Below, one piece after another: positions 8,990 through 17,460 of a stretch of 64,000 nucleotides of DNA. Source of the stretch: a virus; IMG/VR virus record IMGVR_UViG_3300037247_000703, positions 1-64,000 of that record. One strand, 5' to 3'. The notes beneath the pieces were generated by a model that searched no databases, had not been told where the DNA came from, and saw nothing but the letters and a program-made list of their open reading frames with translations. The translations under genes were made by a program, and so were the position numbers. The first letter of the stretch is position 1. Every line of letters begins with the position of its first letter.

Positions 8990-10048
8990 CTAAATGTCGG
9001 GTACGACGATTGAGCGACAACCGCCGTGCAGAGGGGGCATCGTAACGCCCGCAGCCTGTAGCTCAACGTCGCTTAGAGTGTTTGAAAAACGGCCTATTTT
9101 GTCGCGCTGGCCTACCGCAGACTCGACCACGGTCGCCAGCCTCTGAGGCTCGCCGCCGGGCGGGCTGATCTGGATCTCCTGCCCTCCTTCAACGTTTCGT
9201 GTGCGCGCGAACGGCTGCACGTTTCGAATATCGAGCGGATCGGGCAGGGCCTCGATCTTGTCGAATGTCTGGATACCGAGATCGACCGAGAAGAATCGAC
9301 CGTGCATCATTCGGCACACGTCCGACGTGACTTCATCAAGCATCGCCTCGAAGATGAAGCGACGAATGTCGGCATCCTTGAACGCCGAGAGCTGACCGAA
9401 CGTGCGTGACCGATTGACGAAGACGCCGGCCGCGACATTCCAATAATTTTTTGATCTGGCGATGCCGTTCGCTCTGAGATTCTTGTCAAGTCTACCGGCG
9501 ATCTGATCTCGGCCTTCGCCGCGAGCGAGCCCGCCGCTCACGATCTGCCGCGCTTGTCGCGAGAAGACTTCCGAGCGCTGCCCGAACTCGTGCGTGATGT
9601 AGTTACCCTGACTGCTGACATTGAAGTCGATCACGCGCTTGTCAAACGCGTTGGTAGCGACCGCGATGTTGAGGTTGTGCCGGGTGCGCGTAGCCTTTCG
9701 TGTTTCACCAGTCAGTCGCGGACTCTCGACTTCAGCAACGCCGATGACGCCGGGCATCACAGCATTCGCGGAATCGCGAATTATCTGCGAACTCTGCTCA
9801 ATGAATCGGCGCCGCTGTTTCTGGGTTAGCCTCGGCCAGTCACGATCGAGATTTTTGATCGCGCGATCGAGTGCGACTCGCTCAGGCTTCGCGGCTCGCT
9901 CAAATGCCGCCGCCAGACGAATCGACAACACGACAAAATCTTTTCGGTTGAGCGGATTGAGCGCCTTGCGAATATCGATCCCGAACACATCGCAGAGGAC
10001 CGCATCGCAGGCAGCAACGCCGCGCGCATATAGCTCAGTCCGTTGCAT
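8990..10048 (-). CDS. MuF/SPP1 gp7-like minor head protein
   Basis: Follows the portal; FEAMLDEVTSDVCRMMHGR and C-terminal PPLHGGCRSIVVP motifs. Confidence 0.85.
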   Translation of the reverse strand: MQRTELYARGVAACDAVLCDVFGIDIRKALNPLNRKDFVVLSIRLAAAFERAAKPERVALDRAIKNLDRDWPRLTQKQRRRFIEQSSQIIRDSANAVMPGVIGVAEVESPRLTGETRKATRTRHNLNIAVATNAFDKRVIDFNVSSQGNYITHEFGQRSEVFSRQARQIVSGGLARGEGRDQIAGRLDKNLRANGIARSKNYWNVAAGVFVNRSRTFGQLSAFKDADIRRFIFEAMLDEVTSDVCRMMHGRFFSVDLGIQTFDKIEALPDPLDIRNVQPFARTRNVEGGQEIQISPPGGEPQRLATVVESAVGQRDKIGRFSNTLSDVELQAAGVTMPPLHGGCRSIVVPDI

Positions 10049-12083
10049 CGCCGCCGGTCAACTCGCGCTCGGCTTCGGCTTCGGTCGCCTTCTTCAAAAC
10101 CTCACGCAACTTGATCAGCGCGATCGCCTGTCGGTCAAGCTCGTAGCTCGCGAGAACGCGCTCGATGTTCGACTTGATCTGTGGTCGCAATCTGCGGAAA
10201 CGACGAGCGCCGGGGGCATTCGAGAACGGACCGCCGAAGGGGCCACCTTGCGCGGGCGCCCGCGTGCCCGGCCCTCCGGTCGTTAGGTCGGCCATGTCGA
10301 GCAACTCACCGCCGCCCTGTTCGAGCAAATCGAGCATGTCGCCGAACGCCTCGGCCTCTGCCTCCGGCGTGGCATCGGGATCCTCGCCTTCGTCTTCGGT
10401 GACGATCTCGCCGTCTTCGCCCGTCTGGATTCCGGCCACGGTGAGCGGCACCGGTTGCTTCGCCCAATCGGCGGTGATTGTGCGGAACTCGCGATTGAAG
10501 ACTTCCTCAAGGAGCGGACGCATGTCGAGCGCGGTCACCGCGTTGGAGTTCATCAGATCCTTGATCATCTTCGCGACGACTGCCGGATCGCGAGTGACAG
10601 GCGCGTTCGAAACGTATTTCCAGTAACGGATCCCGAACTCATTGAGCAGCAACCGACGATTGATCATGAAGTCGAAATCTTCACGCTCGGGCTGGAAGAC
10701 TTGCATCTCCGCGAACGCGAGGGCAGCGTCAGCGGTTGCGCGGTTGAAATCACGGATATCGCCGCGCAGCATTCGAGGCAACCGGAACGACATGCCAACC
10801 TTGTCGATGTTGCGTTCGTCATAGTTTTGAAACAGCGCGTCGTTGTGCTGCGCTGCGGTCAGCGGCTTCATCTCGATCTTCACGCGGCCCGAATTTTCGC
10901 TCGCCTTGCTCGATACCGTCTCCGCTTCTAACACCATGACCGAGTGAAAGTTCTTGCGGCCCTTGATGTTGTTCTGAATGAAATCCTTGATGCGTTCGAC
11001 CGAGTTGCCCGACAGCTTGCCGCCACTGATCAAAAGTGCCATCGGCGGAACGCCCTTGCCATCGAAGTAGAGAAAGTTCACTTCCTCGGATTGGCGCGAA
11101 CCAATCACCGAGAGCAGATTGCCGATCCATCGCGGCACGCCATAGGCCGATTCGGGATTGTGAATCGGAAAGTAGAGCAACTCGGTCGCGGGACCGTCGC
11201 TTTCATCTTCGAATTCCGCTTTGCCCTCTTCGTTCGTCGGCATGACCTTGCCAGTCTTCTTCGAGATCACGCGCGGGTCGCCGAACTCCTTGAAGAAGAC
11301 TTCCCGATCTTCAAAAACCTGAATGAAGCGGCGGAACCGTCGCTGCACTGCCACGTCTTCGAATGACAGATCGGAAATACGCACGCGCATCTCGACCTCG
11401 ACGGGATCATCGAGCGGCATCAGGCGAATGCTGAATGCGGGCAAATAGTTGAACTGTACGACTTCACCGCCGTCGTTGCGCAGCGCTTCCCATGTCCCCC
11501 AACCGATAACCTCGCGATCTTGCCGTGACCGCTGGCGCAGTTCCGAAAACGAAATGTCGGGGCAACAGAAGTCGAAGAAGTTTTTGAGCCACGCCTTCTC
11601 AAGCTGCATTTGCAGTTTGATTTCTTCTTTCGCTTTGCCGACGTCTTCATCGGTCGGAATCAACTCGCCGACGTCTTCGGACATGGCCTCGCGCGGATCG
11701 ACACCCTTGTCGTGCAGGCTTTCGAGAAACAGCGCGTTCTTGATTCGTTCGTCAGCGTCTTCACTTTCGAGGTTGATGACCGGCTCGAATCTGTGGCCGA
11801 AGCCGTCGATGTTCGTCTGGTACGCGTCAATATTGGGACGCAGGGAGTTCGAAACCCGATAGAGCGCACACAGATCGTCGGGCTCGAACGGCGGAACCAA
11901 TGCGCCATGCGTGGAGAACCTATTGCTGACTCCGGCCTCGATGACGTTCGAGGTAGGGAGATTTCCGCGATCGATAAAGTGCGCCTTGATCAGCGGTGAC
12001 GTATCGAGCATGTCGCGCAGATTGCGCGGCTCGTCGGGATCAGTCTTCACCTGTCGCGTGTCACTCTTTTCTTCGTCGCCCAC
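10035..12083 (-). CDS. Portal protein (PBSX/XkdE-like)
   Basis: YGVPRW, NFLYFDGKGVP, FRLPRMLRG, FNRATA motifs; GAGG RBS before GTG. Confidence 0.9.
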   Translation of the reverse strand: MGDEEKSDTRQVKTDPDEPRNLRDMLDTSPLIKAHFIDRGNLPTSNVIEAGVSNRFSTHGALVPPFEPDDLCALYRVSNSLRPNIDAYQTNIDGFGHRFEPVINLESEDADERIKNALFLESLHDKGVDPREAMSEDVGELIPTDEDVGKAKEEIKLQMQLEKAWLKNFFDFCCPDISFSELRQRSRQDREVIGWGTWEALRNDGGEVVQFNYLPAFSIRLMPLDDPVEVEMRVRISDLSFEDVAVQRRFRRFIQVFEDREVFFKEFGDPRVISKKTGKVMPTNEEGKAEFEDESDGPATELLYFPIHNPESAYGVPRWIGNLLSVIGSRQSEEVNFLYFDGKGVPPMALLISGGKLSGNSVERIKDFIQNNIKGRKNFHSVMVLEAETVSSKASENSGRVKIEMKPLTAAQHNDALFQNYDERNIDKVGMSFRLPRMLRGDIRDFNRATADAALAFAEMQVFQPEREDFDFMINRRLLLNEFGIRYWKYVSNAPVTRDPAVVAKMIKDLMNSNAVTALDMRPLLEEVFNREFRTITADWAKQPVPLTVAGIQTGEDGEIVTEDEGEDPDATPEAEAEAFGDMLDLLEQGGGELLDMADLTTGGPGTRAPAQGGPFGGPFSNAPGARRFRRLRPQIKSNIERVLASYELDRQAIALIKLREVLKKATEAEAERELTGGDATD

Positions 12084-12086
12084 GAA

Positions 12087-12401
12087 TTACCTCGCCTGCC
12101 GGCGTTTTTTCTGGCGCGGCTTCCGCACGATACGCGACGGGTCTTCGCCCTTCCAGACGTAGACGATGACTGATCCGTATGGCTCGGGATCAGGAGAAAA
12201 CGACAGCGTTCGAAGCTGGTAGTTCTCTTCCGCGAGCTTCTCCTTCACGATTCGCCGGCAGTTCTCCAGCGATGTCGCGATAACATCAAACTCGGTCTTC
12301 AGGCTCGGAGTTGGCCTTTCGGGCGCACCCGCCGTTCGCTCGACCTCGTACACGCGCACCGGGTATTTCATGCCGCCCATACTACGACGCACCTCGGACA
12401 C
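12087..12401 (-). CDS. Hypothetical protein
   Basis: Abuts the terminase stop; lies between terminase and portal. Confidence 0.6.
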   Translation of the reverse strand: MSEVRRSMGGMKYPVRVYEVERTAGAPERPTPSLKTEFDVIATSLENCRRIVKEKLAEENYQLRTLSFSPDPEPYGSVIVYVWKGEDPSRIVRKPRQKKRRQAR

Positions 12402-14657
12402 TCAATCGATGATGTGGATGCCGATAATCGCACCCTCGCTTCGTAAGGTGCGATCCTTACTGCACGCAAGGGCGCAGGCCCAAAAACGATCAGCGTGACC
12501 CTTATCGGTCGTGTCTGTGCTCGTGAGCTGTGTTCGTCCAGCCGGCGTGATCTTGCGGCGAATCGAATGGATCTGCGACACGAGTTCCCGCTCGCGGGGC
12601 AGCACAATCAGACTCTTCTGTAAGCCGATCTTGAAATCGGTGGCCCACGTTTCTTTCGATGGCCCGGTGAACGTGACGCCCTCGACTTGCGGATAGTCGT
12701 CGGCAAGATTTTCGGTCAAGTGCATGCCGATACCATTTTGATCGATCAGCATTCGACCGATCGGCAACAGGTTCAGCATCTGCCGAAGGCTCGCCTCTTG
12801 CGTTTGAAATTTCACCTTGTCGTAGCGCTTGAGTAGCCGGCAGATGAAGCGACCGTCATCAAGCTCGTCGAAGATCGCGAGTTCGGAAAAGTCTTTCTTG
12901 CGACCGACGTCGAAGCCCGCGTGAAGTCGGCCAATGTGTTTGACCTGCGAGAAGTCGTCAGCAAGTTCGAGCGAATCGTTCGTCGCCGGAAGAATCAGCT
13001 CATAGGGAAAAAACGACATCGCTTCGTCGACGTAGACAACCTCAAACTCCTGCTGAAAGTCATCGAGCGGAAGCGAGGAAAACTGTTCCTTGATGCCCTG
13101 CGTACCGAAGCGCGCAACCCGTTCTTCGGTCGCCATCTTCAACGCATCGCGCGAGGCCGTCACAACGTCGTTGCAGAAGAACGAACACAGCCACCACGGA
13201 ACCTTTTGCCGCCAATAGGATCCGTAGGGCCGAAGCTCTTGGCGGGCGATCTCCCAAAACTGCCCGCGCCGGCCAAGCGGAGACGAGCACACCGTCATCT
13301 GTCCCTTCGCTCGAAGGATCAGCGCGGTCGATCCTTTGTAGACCTCCCTATCGTTGGCGTAGTGAGCAAGCTCGTCGAGGTAAATATCGCCCTTCTTCCC
13401 GCGAGGCGCACGAGACGGATGCGAGATGATTCGACTGACGCGCTTGCTCGACGAGTTGGATCGGAAACCGAGTTCGAGCTTCGAGTCGACGACCTTTTTC
13501 TTCTGAAATTCGAGCGGCAATTCTTCGTGTAGCTGCGCGGCGTAGGCGATCTTTTCTTTCGAGTCAGCGAGGTTGTACGAAACGAAAATCGAGTTGTGGG
13601 TTTCCCGAAGATGTGACCGGGCGATTGCCTCGCATGCGAAGAGAAACGAATAACCAACCTGTCTGCCCTTTTCAACACAGCGATACGGGGCGCGCGTGGC
13701 GAGAAATGCTTGCTGATAGGGTTCGAGCCTCAGCGGCTCGTCATCGAAGCGGGCGATACCCTGGAGAAACCCCGATTCCGTGGCGATCCACTCGCTGAAC
13801 TCTTCCTCGGTGCGTTTAACAACAATGAGCGGCCCTGAGTTGCTTTGTGTTTCCTCTTTTGCTACAATAGCGGCAGACGCACTATCACCATCAGGAGGCA
13901 ACCCATGAGTTTCGCCAATCGGGGGCGACCCCCCATCACTTTGACCGACGTCGAGCAAGCCCGGCTTCTCACTGTCAGCGGAGAGCACCGTGACGGGTTC
14001 CGTGACCACATCATTTTCGCTGTCGCCCTCGGTACTGCCTTGCGCGAATTCGAGATCGCCGCCCTCAACGTCGGCGACGTAGTGACGGGCCAGCTCAATC
14101 GCCGCACTCCAGGCATCAAGCGGCGCGTCACCCTCACCATCTTCAAGCGATGCGCCCAGAAGCCCGCCCCGCAGCAAGTCTTCCTCCCCGATTCGCTCAT
14201 CCACAAGATGCGAACCTTCATCAAGTGGAAGATCAGCAACGGGGAGAACGTCGAGCCCGGCGCCCCGCTGTTCATCAGCCGCAAGGGCAATCGAATCAGT
14301 CCACGCACTCTCCGGTTCATGTTCGCCAACTGGCAGCAGCGCGCCGGCTTCGACCGCCGGTTCACTTTCCACCACCTCCGGCATACCGCCCTGACCAACA
14401 TCTATCGGCGCACTCGGGATATCCGTGTCGTTCAGCGAGCTGCCCGGCACGCCAACATCAACACCACCACAATCTACGCCACCCCCACTGACGAAGATAT
14501 CTTGCGGGCCGTCCGCGACCTGCCCTGTTAGACTCTCGTTGTTCCGCGAGGACGCGGCGGGCATTGCTTCTCCCAAAGGAGGCACAACTAGCTTCGCCCT
14601 CGCGGGCTCTTTTTCGAGCTGCTCAGCGAGCAGCGCTTGAAACGAGAGCTTCCCCAC
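12402..14657 (-). CDS. terL: Large terminase subunit; conserved part is about 12402..13830; N-terminal ~270 codons overlap an antisense recombinase
   Basis: EPYQQAFL, Walker A KGRQVGYS, Walker B IYLDELAH, SSP motif, nuclease GFDVG and HADRFWA. True start uncertain. Confidence 0.85.
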   Translation of the reverse strand: MGKLSFQALLAEQLEKEPARAKLVVPPLGEAMPAASSRNNESLTGQVADGPQDIFVSGGGVDCGGVDVGVPGSSLNDTDIPSAPIDVGQGGMPEVVESEPAVEAGALLPVGEHEPESAWTDSIALAADEQRGAGLDVLPVADLPLDEGSHLVDERIGEEDLLRGGLLGASLEDGEGDAPLDAWSAAIELARHYVADVEGGDLEFAQGSTEGDSENDVVTEPVTVLSADSEKPGLLDVGQSDGGSPPIGETHGLPPDGDSASAAIVAKEETQSNSGPLIVVKRTEEEFSEWIATESGFLQGIARFDDEPLRLEPYQQAFLATRAPYRCVEKGRQVGYSFLFACEAIARSHLRETHNSIFVSYNLADSKEKIAYAAQLHEELPLEFQKKKVVDSKLELGFRSNSSSKRVSRIISHPSRAPRGKKGDIYLDELAHYANDREVYKGSTALILRAKGQMTVCSSPLGRRGQFWEIARQELRPYGSYWRQKVPWWLCSFFCNDVVTASRDALKMATEERVARFGTQGIKEQFSSLPLDDFQQEFEVVYVDEAMSFFPYELILPATNDSLELADDFSQVKHIGRLHAGFDVGRKKDFSELAIFDELDDGRFICRLLKRYDKVKFQTQEASLRQMLNLLPIGRMLIDQNGIGMHLTENLADDYPQVEGVTFTGPSKETWATDFKIGLQKSLIVLPRERELVSQIHSIRRKITPAGRTQLTSTDTTDKGHADRFWACALACSKDRTLRSEGAIIGIHIID
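13840..13868 (+). promoter_or_regulatory. Sigma70-like promoter of the recombinase
   Basis: TTGCTT (13840-45), 17 nt, TACAAT (13863-68) with TG extension; AGGAGG RBS at 13893. Confidence 0.7.
13893..14584 (+). repeat. Direct repeat AGGAGGCA (13893-13900 and 14577-14584), 684 bp apart, flanking the recombinase
   Basis: Exact 8-mer, each copy followed 5-7 nt later by AG(T/C)TTCGCC. Confidence 0.5.
13905..14531 (+). CDS. Tyrosine recombinase, catalytic domain only (208 aa)
   Basis: RDHII..ALGTALREFEI (Arg-I), FK, HHLRH (HxxR), RHANINTTTIY (His, Tyr); ATG at 13905 after AGGAGG. Confidence 0.92.
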   Translation: MSFANRGRPPITLTDVEQARLLTVSGEHRDGFRDHIIFAVALGTALREFEIAALNVGDVVTGQLNRRTPGIKRRVTLTIFKRCAQKPAPQQVFLPDSLIHKMRTFIKWKISNGENVEPGAPLFISRKGNRISPRTLRFMFANWQQRAGFDRRFTFHHLRHTALTNIYRRTRDIRVVQRAARHANINTTTIYATPTDEDILRAVRDLPC

Positions 14658-14673
14658 GAATTGAGTCTACTGC

Positions 14674-15012
14674 CTAACGCGGGCGACTGCGGGATCGATC
14701 TGGTGTCGGCGGTTTCGTGGCATCGCTGTGCCTGCGCATAAAGTCGGTGCGCTTCTCAATGCCGGGCCGGAACGTGCAAAACAGCGTGACCGTGACACAG
14801 TGAAATTCGTTGTCGCTCGATTGCGTGATTTCGCGATCGACCACCACGAGATGATTGTTTGCCGCGAGCCAACCAGTGATCTTCTCTCCGAGCACGGACC
14901 GATCGCCCGCGGTCGTGCCGGCGAACATTTTGATCACGTCAAAGTTCGGGCATCCTGCCCGGCGGTTCACTTCAACCTGTAATTCTTCGGCGTTGGTTTG
15001 TCTCTCACCCAT
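14674..15012 (-). CDS. Hypothetical protein
   Basis: AAGGA RBS; protein-like (VIKMFAGT...ITQSSDNEFHCVTVTLF). Confidence 0.65.
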   Translation of the reverse strand: MGERQTNAEELQVEVNRRAGCPNFDVIKMFAGTTAGDRSVLGEKITGWLAANNHLVVVDREITQSSDNEFHCVTVTLFCTFRPGIEKRTDFMRRHSDATKPPTPDRSRSRPR

Positions 15013-15182
15013 GCGCTTGCAATCCTTATCGCATCGCGGGCGCAGACTTCATCGCGTGTTTCGAGAAGATCCGCGATTCGATCTCGGATCGCTTCGTTGC
15101 CGTTGTCCACGGCACGCGCGATCGCGAGATAATCCTCACGATGCACGTCAAGGGGATGCGCCGCCGTCCGATCCTCGCCCAT
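14967..15182 (-). CDS. Small hypothetical protein
   Basis: ORF 14967..15200 with a probable ATG at 15182. Confidence 0.45.
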   Translation of the reverse strand: MGEDRTAAHPLDVHREDYLAIARAVDNGNEAIRDRIADLLETRDEVCARDAIRIASAWVRDKPTPKNYRLK

Positions 15183-15271
15183 TTTGCGGAAGCCTAACAC
15201 GGCCGCCGGACACTGAGAATTTGAACCATTTCAATGGGTAACGAAAAAGTACGAAAAATCGACTTTTCCTG

Positions 15272-15300
15272 TTGACGGTTCCCGGTTTGTTGCCTATGAT
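15272..15300 (+). promoter_or_regulatory. Strong sigma70-like promoter
   Basis: TTGACG, 17 nt, TATGAT; upstream A-tracts; GAGG RBS before 15326. Confidence 0.75.
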
Positions 15301-15325
15301 GTAAACACCACCCAAAGAGGCAACC

Positions 15326-15841
15326 ATGAGCTACCTGAACGCACCGCAAACCGAACTCATCGCAACTAGTTGCTGTGTCTGCGCCCGTGCGCTCTGCGAC
15401 TCCGTATCCGTCGAGCTGGGCATCGGCCCTGTCTGCCGTTCGAAATTCGGCTTCGACATGGACGCCGACGAAGCCACCCGCGCCGCTGCGAATGCACTCG
15501 TACATCGCATCGCCGTGAACCAGAGCGGCGAGCAAGCTCTCGACGATTGCCGCGAGCTGCGCACGCTGGGATTCGAGAAGCTCGCTGACCGCATCACCGA
15601 GCGGCTTGCCGGTCGCGCCGGCATCATCATCGCCGAAGTCGATGGCGGTTATCTCGTGACCACACCCTACAACGAGGAAGCTACGCCCGCGTGGCGCTGC
15701 GTTCCGGGCCGCCGCTGGAATCGCGACGAGAAAGCGAACTTCGTACCGGTCGGCGCGCGAGGCGATCTGTGGGCGCTCTTGCGCACCTACTTCGCCGGTT
15801 CGGTTGCGCTCGGACCGAAAGGCGGATTCGTCATCAACTAG
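15326..15841 (+). CDS. DUF6011-like zinc-binding protein with a C-terminal HARP-like segment
   Basis: CCVCARALCDSVSVELGIGPVC; C-terminal PYN...VPGRRWNRDEKANFVP. Confidence 0.7.
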   Translation: MSYLNAPQTELIATSCCVCARALCDSVSVELGIGPVCRSKFGFDMDADEATRAAANALVHRIAVNQSGEQALDDCRELRTLGFEKLADRITERLAGRAGIIIAEVDGGYLVTTPYNEEATPAWRCVPGRRWNRDEKANFVPVGARGDLWALLRTYFAGSVALGPKGGFVIN

Positions 15842-15860
15842 AAAGGGTAGACTCAAATCG

Positions 15861-16553
15861 ATGAAAAACCTGACAGTCATTTTGAAGCGACCCGGGCAAA
15901 ATCCGATCGTCGAGCAGATCGAAAACACCCCGGCGGCAATGCGTCAGGCGGTGCTCGATACCGTGACAAAGCGAACAGTCATCGCGAACAATGGTCACAG
16001 CCGCTTCGTCTTCGTGACCCGTTTCGACGACGAAGGCGAATTGAACTTCGTTATCGAGGGCGCGGCCTTCTTCGGCCCGGCGATCTTCACGAAGCTCGAT
16101 CCATCGGGCAACCGGATCGACCTGACCGAACAAGAGTGCGAAGAATGGATCGGCTACATCAACAAGCTCGTACAACACACCACCGAAGGCCAACCCGAGT
16201 CAGTTGAACGCGCGAAGCCCGAGCGCATCATCAACGACAAACACTCGATCCAGATCGTTCCGGCAGACGCGACCGACACAGAGACGGGTAATCCGCTCAC
16301 GCCCGAGCAACTGATCGAGCGCATGGCCGAACAATGGGGCATCGAGTTCGAGCACGTTCCCCTGACCGATCAGAACGTCTATGGCGCCGCGCTCGTCGTC
16401 ATCGAGTCATCGATCGAGTACACGGTCGCCGATGAAGAGACGATGCTACTCAACATCGGGGAAGGCGGGGCGCCCTACTATCTCAGGGTCATCGAGATCA
16501 CGAAGATCGAGAACGAAGAAGCCCGAGAGCAGTTCCCGCACATCGACGGCTAG
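15861..16553 (+). CDS. Hypothetical protein (N-terminus DUF3846-like)
   Basis: VILKRPGQNPIVEQIENT...DDEGELNF...FFGPAIF; ATG at 15861. Confidence 0.6.
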   Translation: MKNLTVILKRPGQNPIVEQIENTPAAMRQAVLDTVTKRTVIANNGHSRFVFVTRFDDEGELNFVIEGAAFFGPAIFTKLDPSGNRIDLTEQECEEWIGYINKLVQHTTEGQPESVERAKPERIINDKHSIQIVPADATDTETGNPLTPEQLIERMAEQWGIEFEHVPLTDQNVYGAALVVIESSIEYTVADEETMLLNIGEGGAPYYLRVIEITKIENEEAREQFPHIDG

Positions 16554-16586
16554 CGGCTGACAGATCCGCGTGCGAGTATTGGCTCG

Positions 16587-17156
16587 ATGCGGATCACGAA
16601 AAGCGCAGTTATCGCCTTGCTCGTCGGCCTCCTGCTCGTGGCCGGTATCGGCATCTGGTACAAGCTCGGTGTCGAGCCGGGGATCCCCGTCTGGGCCGAA
16701 GGCAACAAGGCCGTCGAATGGCCGCGCGAGCGCCTTCCGCTCAAGGTATGGTGCGAATCCGATCAAGACGATTGCCGCGCCGCCGTGAATTTGTGGAACG
16801 ACGCCGCCGACTGTCCGTTCCTTCTGTGGGTCGAGCGGCCTGACGGCGCCGACGTTCGCATCGTCAACGGATCAGCGAACGATCCCGAGCGCGGCGATGC
16901 GTGGGAAAAAACATTCGCGAGCAAGACCGGCGATCAGGTGAACTACGTCGAAGTTCGATTGTACGAGCCGCCCATCAGTCTTAGCTCGCCCTACTCGATA
17001 CGATACGCTGTCAACGCCCACGGGATTTCGCACGGCCTCGGGCTTGCGCACACAACCTTCGGCATCACGCGCGCCGTACTGTCAGGAACCAATCCCTATC
17101 CGCGCGTAGTTGACAAACACGGCCGCGCTTTGCAAGAAAGATACTGCGAACCATGA
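16587..17156 (+). CDS. Membrane-anchored matrixin/metzincin-like protein, probably catalytically inactive
   Basis: N-terminal TM helix; AVNLWN, ADVRI and HGISHGLGLAH (HExxHxxGxxH with E replaced by G). Confidence 0.7.
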   Translation: MRITKSAVIALLVGLLLVAGIGIWYKLGVEPGIPVWAEGNKAVEWPRERLPLKVWCESDQDDCRAAVNLWNDAADCPFLLWVERPDGADVRIVNGSANDPERGDAWEKTFASKTGDQVNYVEVRLYEPPISLSSPYSIRYAVNAHGISHGLGLAHTTFGITRAVLSGTNPYPRVVDKHGRALQERYCEP

Positions 17157-17169
17157 TTGGAGAAAACTG

Positions 17170-17460
17170 ATGGCACAGATAGTCGAGAAGGATCTCGTAA
17201 TCGACGAAGCGTTCGACATCTCGCGATTCACCGAGAAGAGTCTCGTTGTCCATCCCGGCGCGAGCGGCGACTACGACGTCGAGATTTCGAACGACGGCAC
17301 GATCTTCCTCGATCTCGTGACCGGCATCGTGGCGGATACGTTTCTCCGCGGCGGACGCGGCGCAACCGATATCCCGCTCGCAGTGAAGTTCATCAAGATC
17401 ACGGAAGACGTCGCCGGCACGGATCCGACCTTCAAATTTCTCGGCCTCGACAGCGCCTAG
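17170..17460 (+). CDS. Hypothetical beta-rich protein
   Basis: GGAG RBS before ATG 17170. Confidence 0.6.
   Translation: MAQIVEKDLVIDEAFDISRFTEKSLVVHPGASGDYDVEISNDGTIFLDLVTGIVADTFLRGGRGATDIPLAVKFIKITEDVAGTDPTFKFLGLDSA

Larger units (their letters stand above)
14657..15860. repeat. 14-bp inverted repeat GTAGACTCAA(T/A)TCG (14657-14670 minus; 15847-15860 plus)
   Basis: 13/14 identity; each copy follows a TAG stop and directly precedes a start codon. Confidence 0.6.

Noticed and set aside
13905-14531. Recombinase as a classical prophage integrase with attP or a prophage boundary here
   Set aside because: It lacks arm- and core-binding N-terminal domains, no att-like or host sequence is adjacent, and phage genes continue on both sides; not fully excluded
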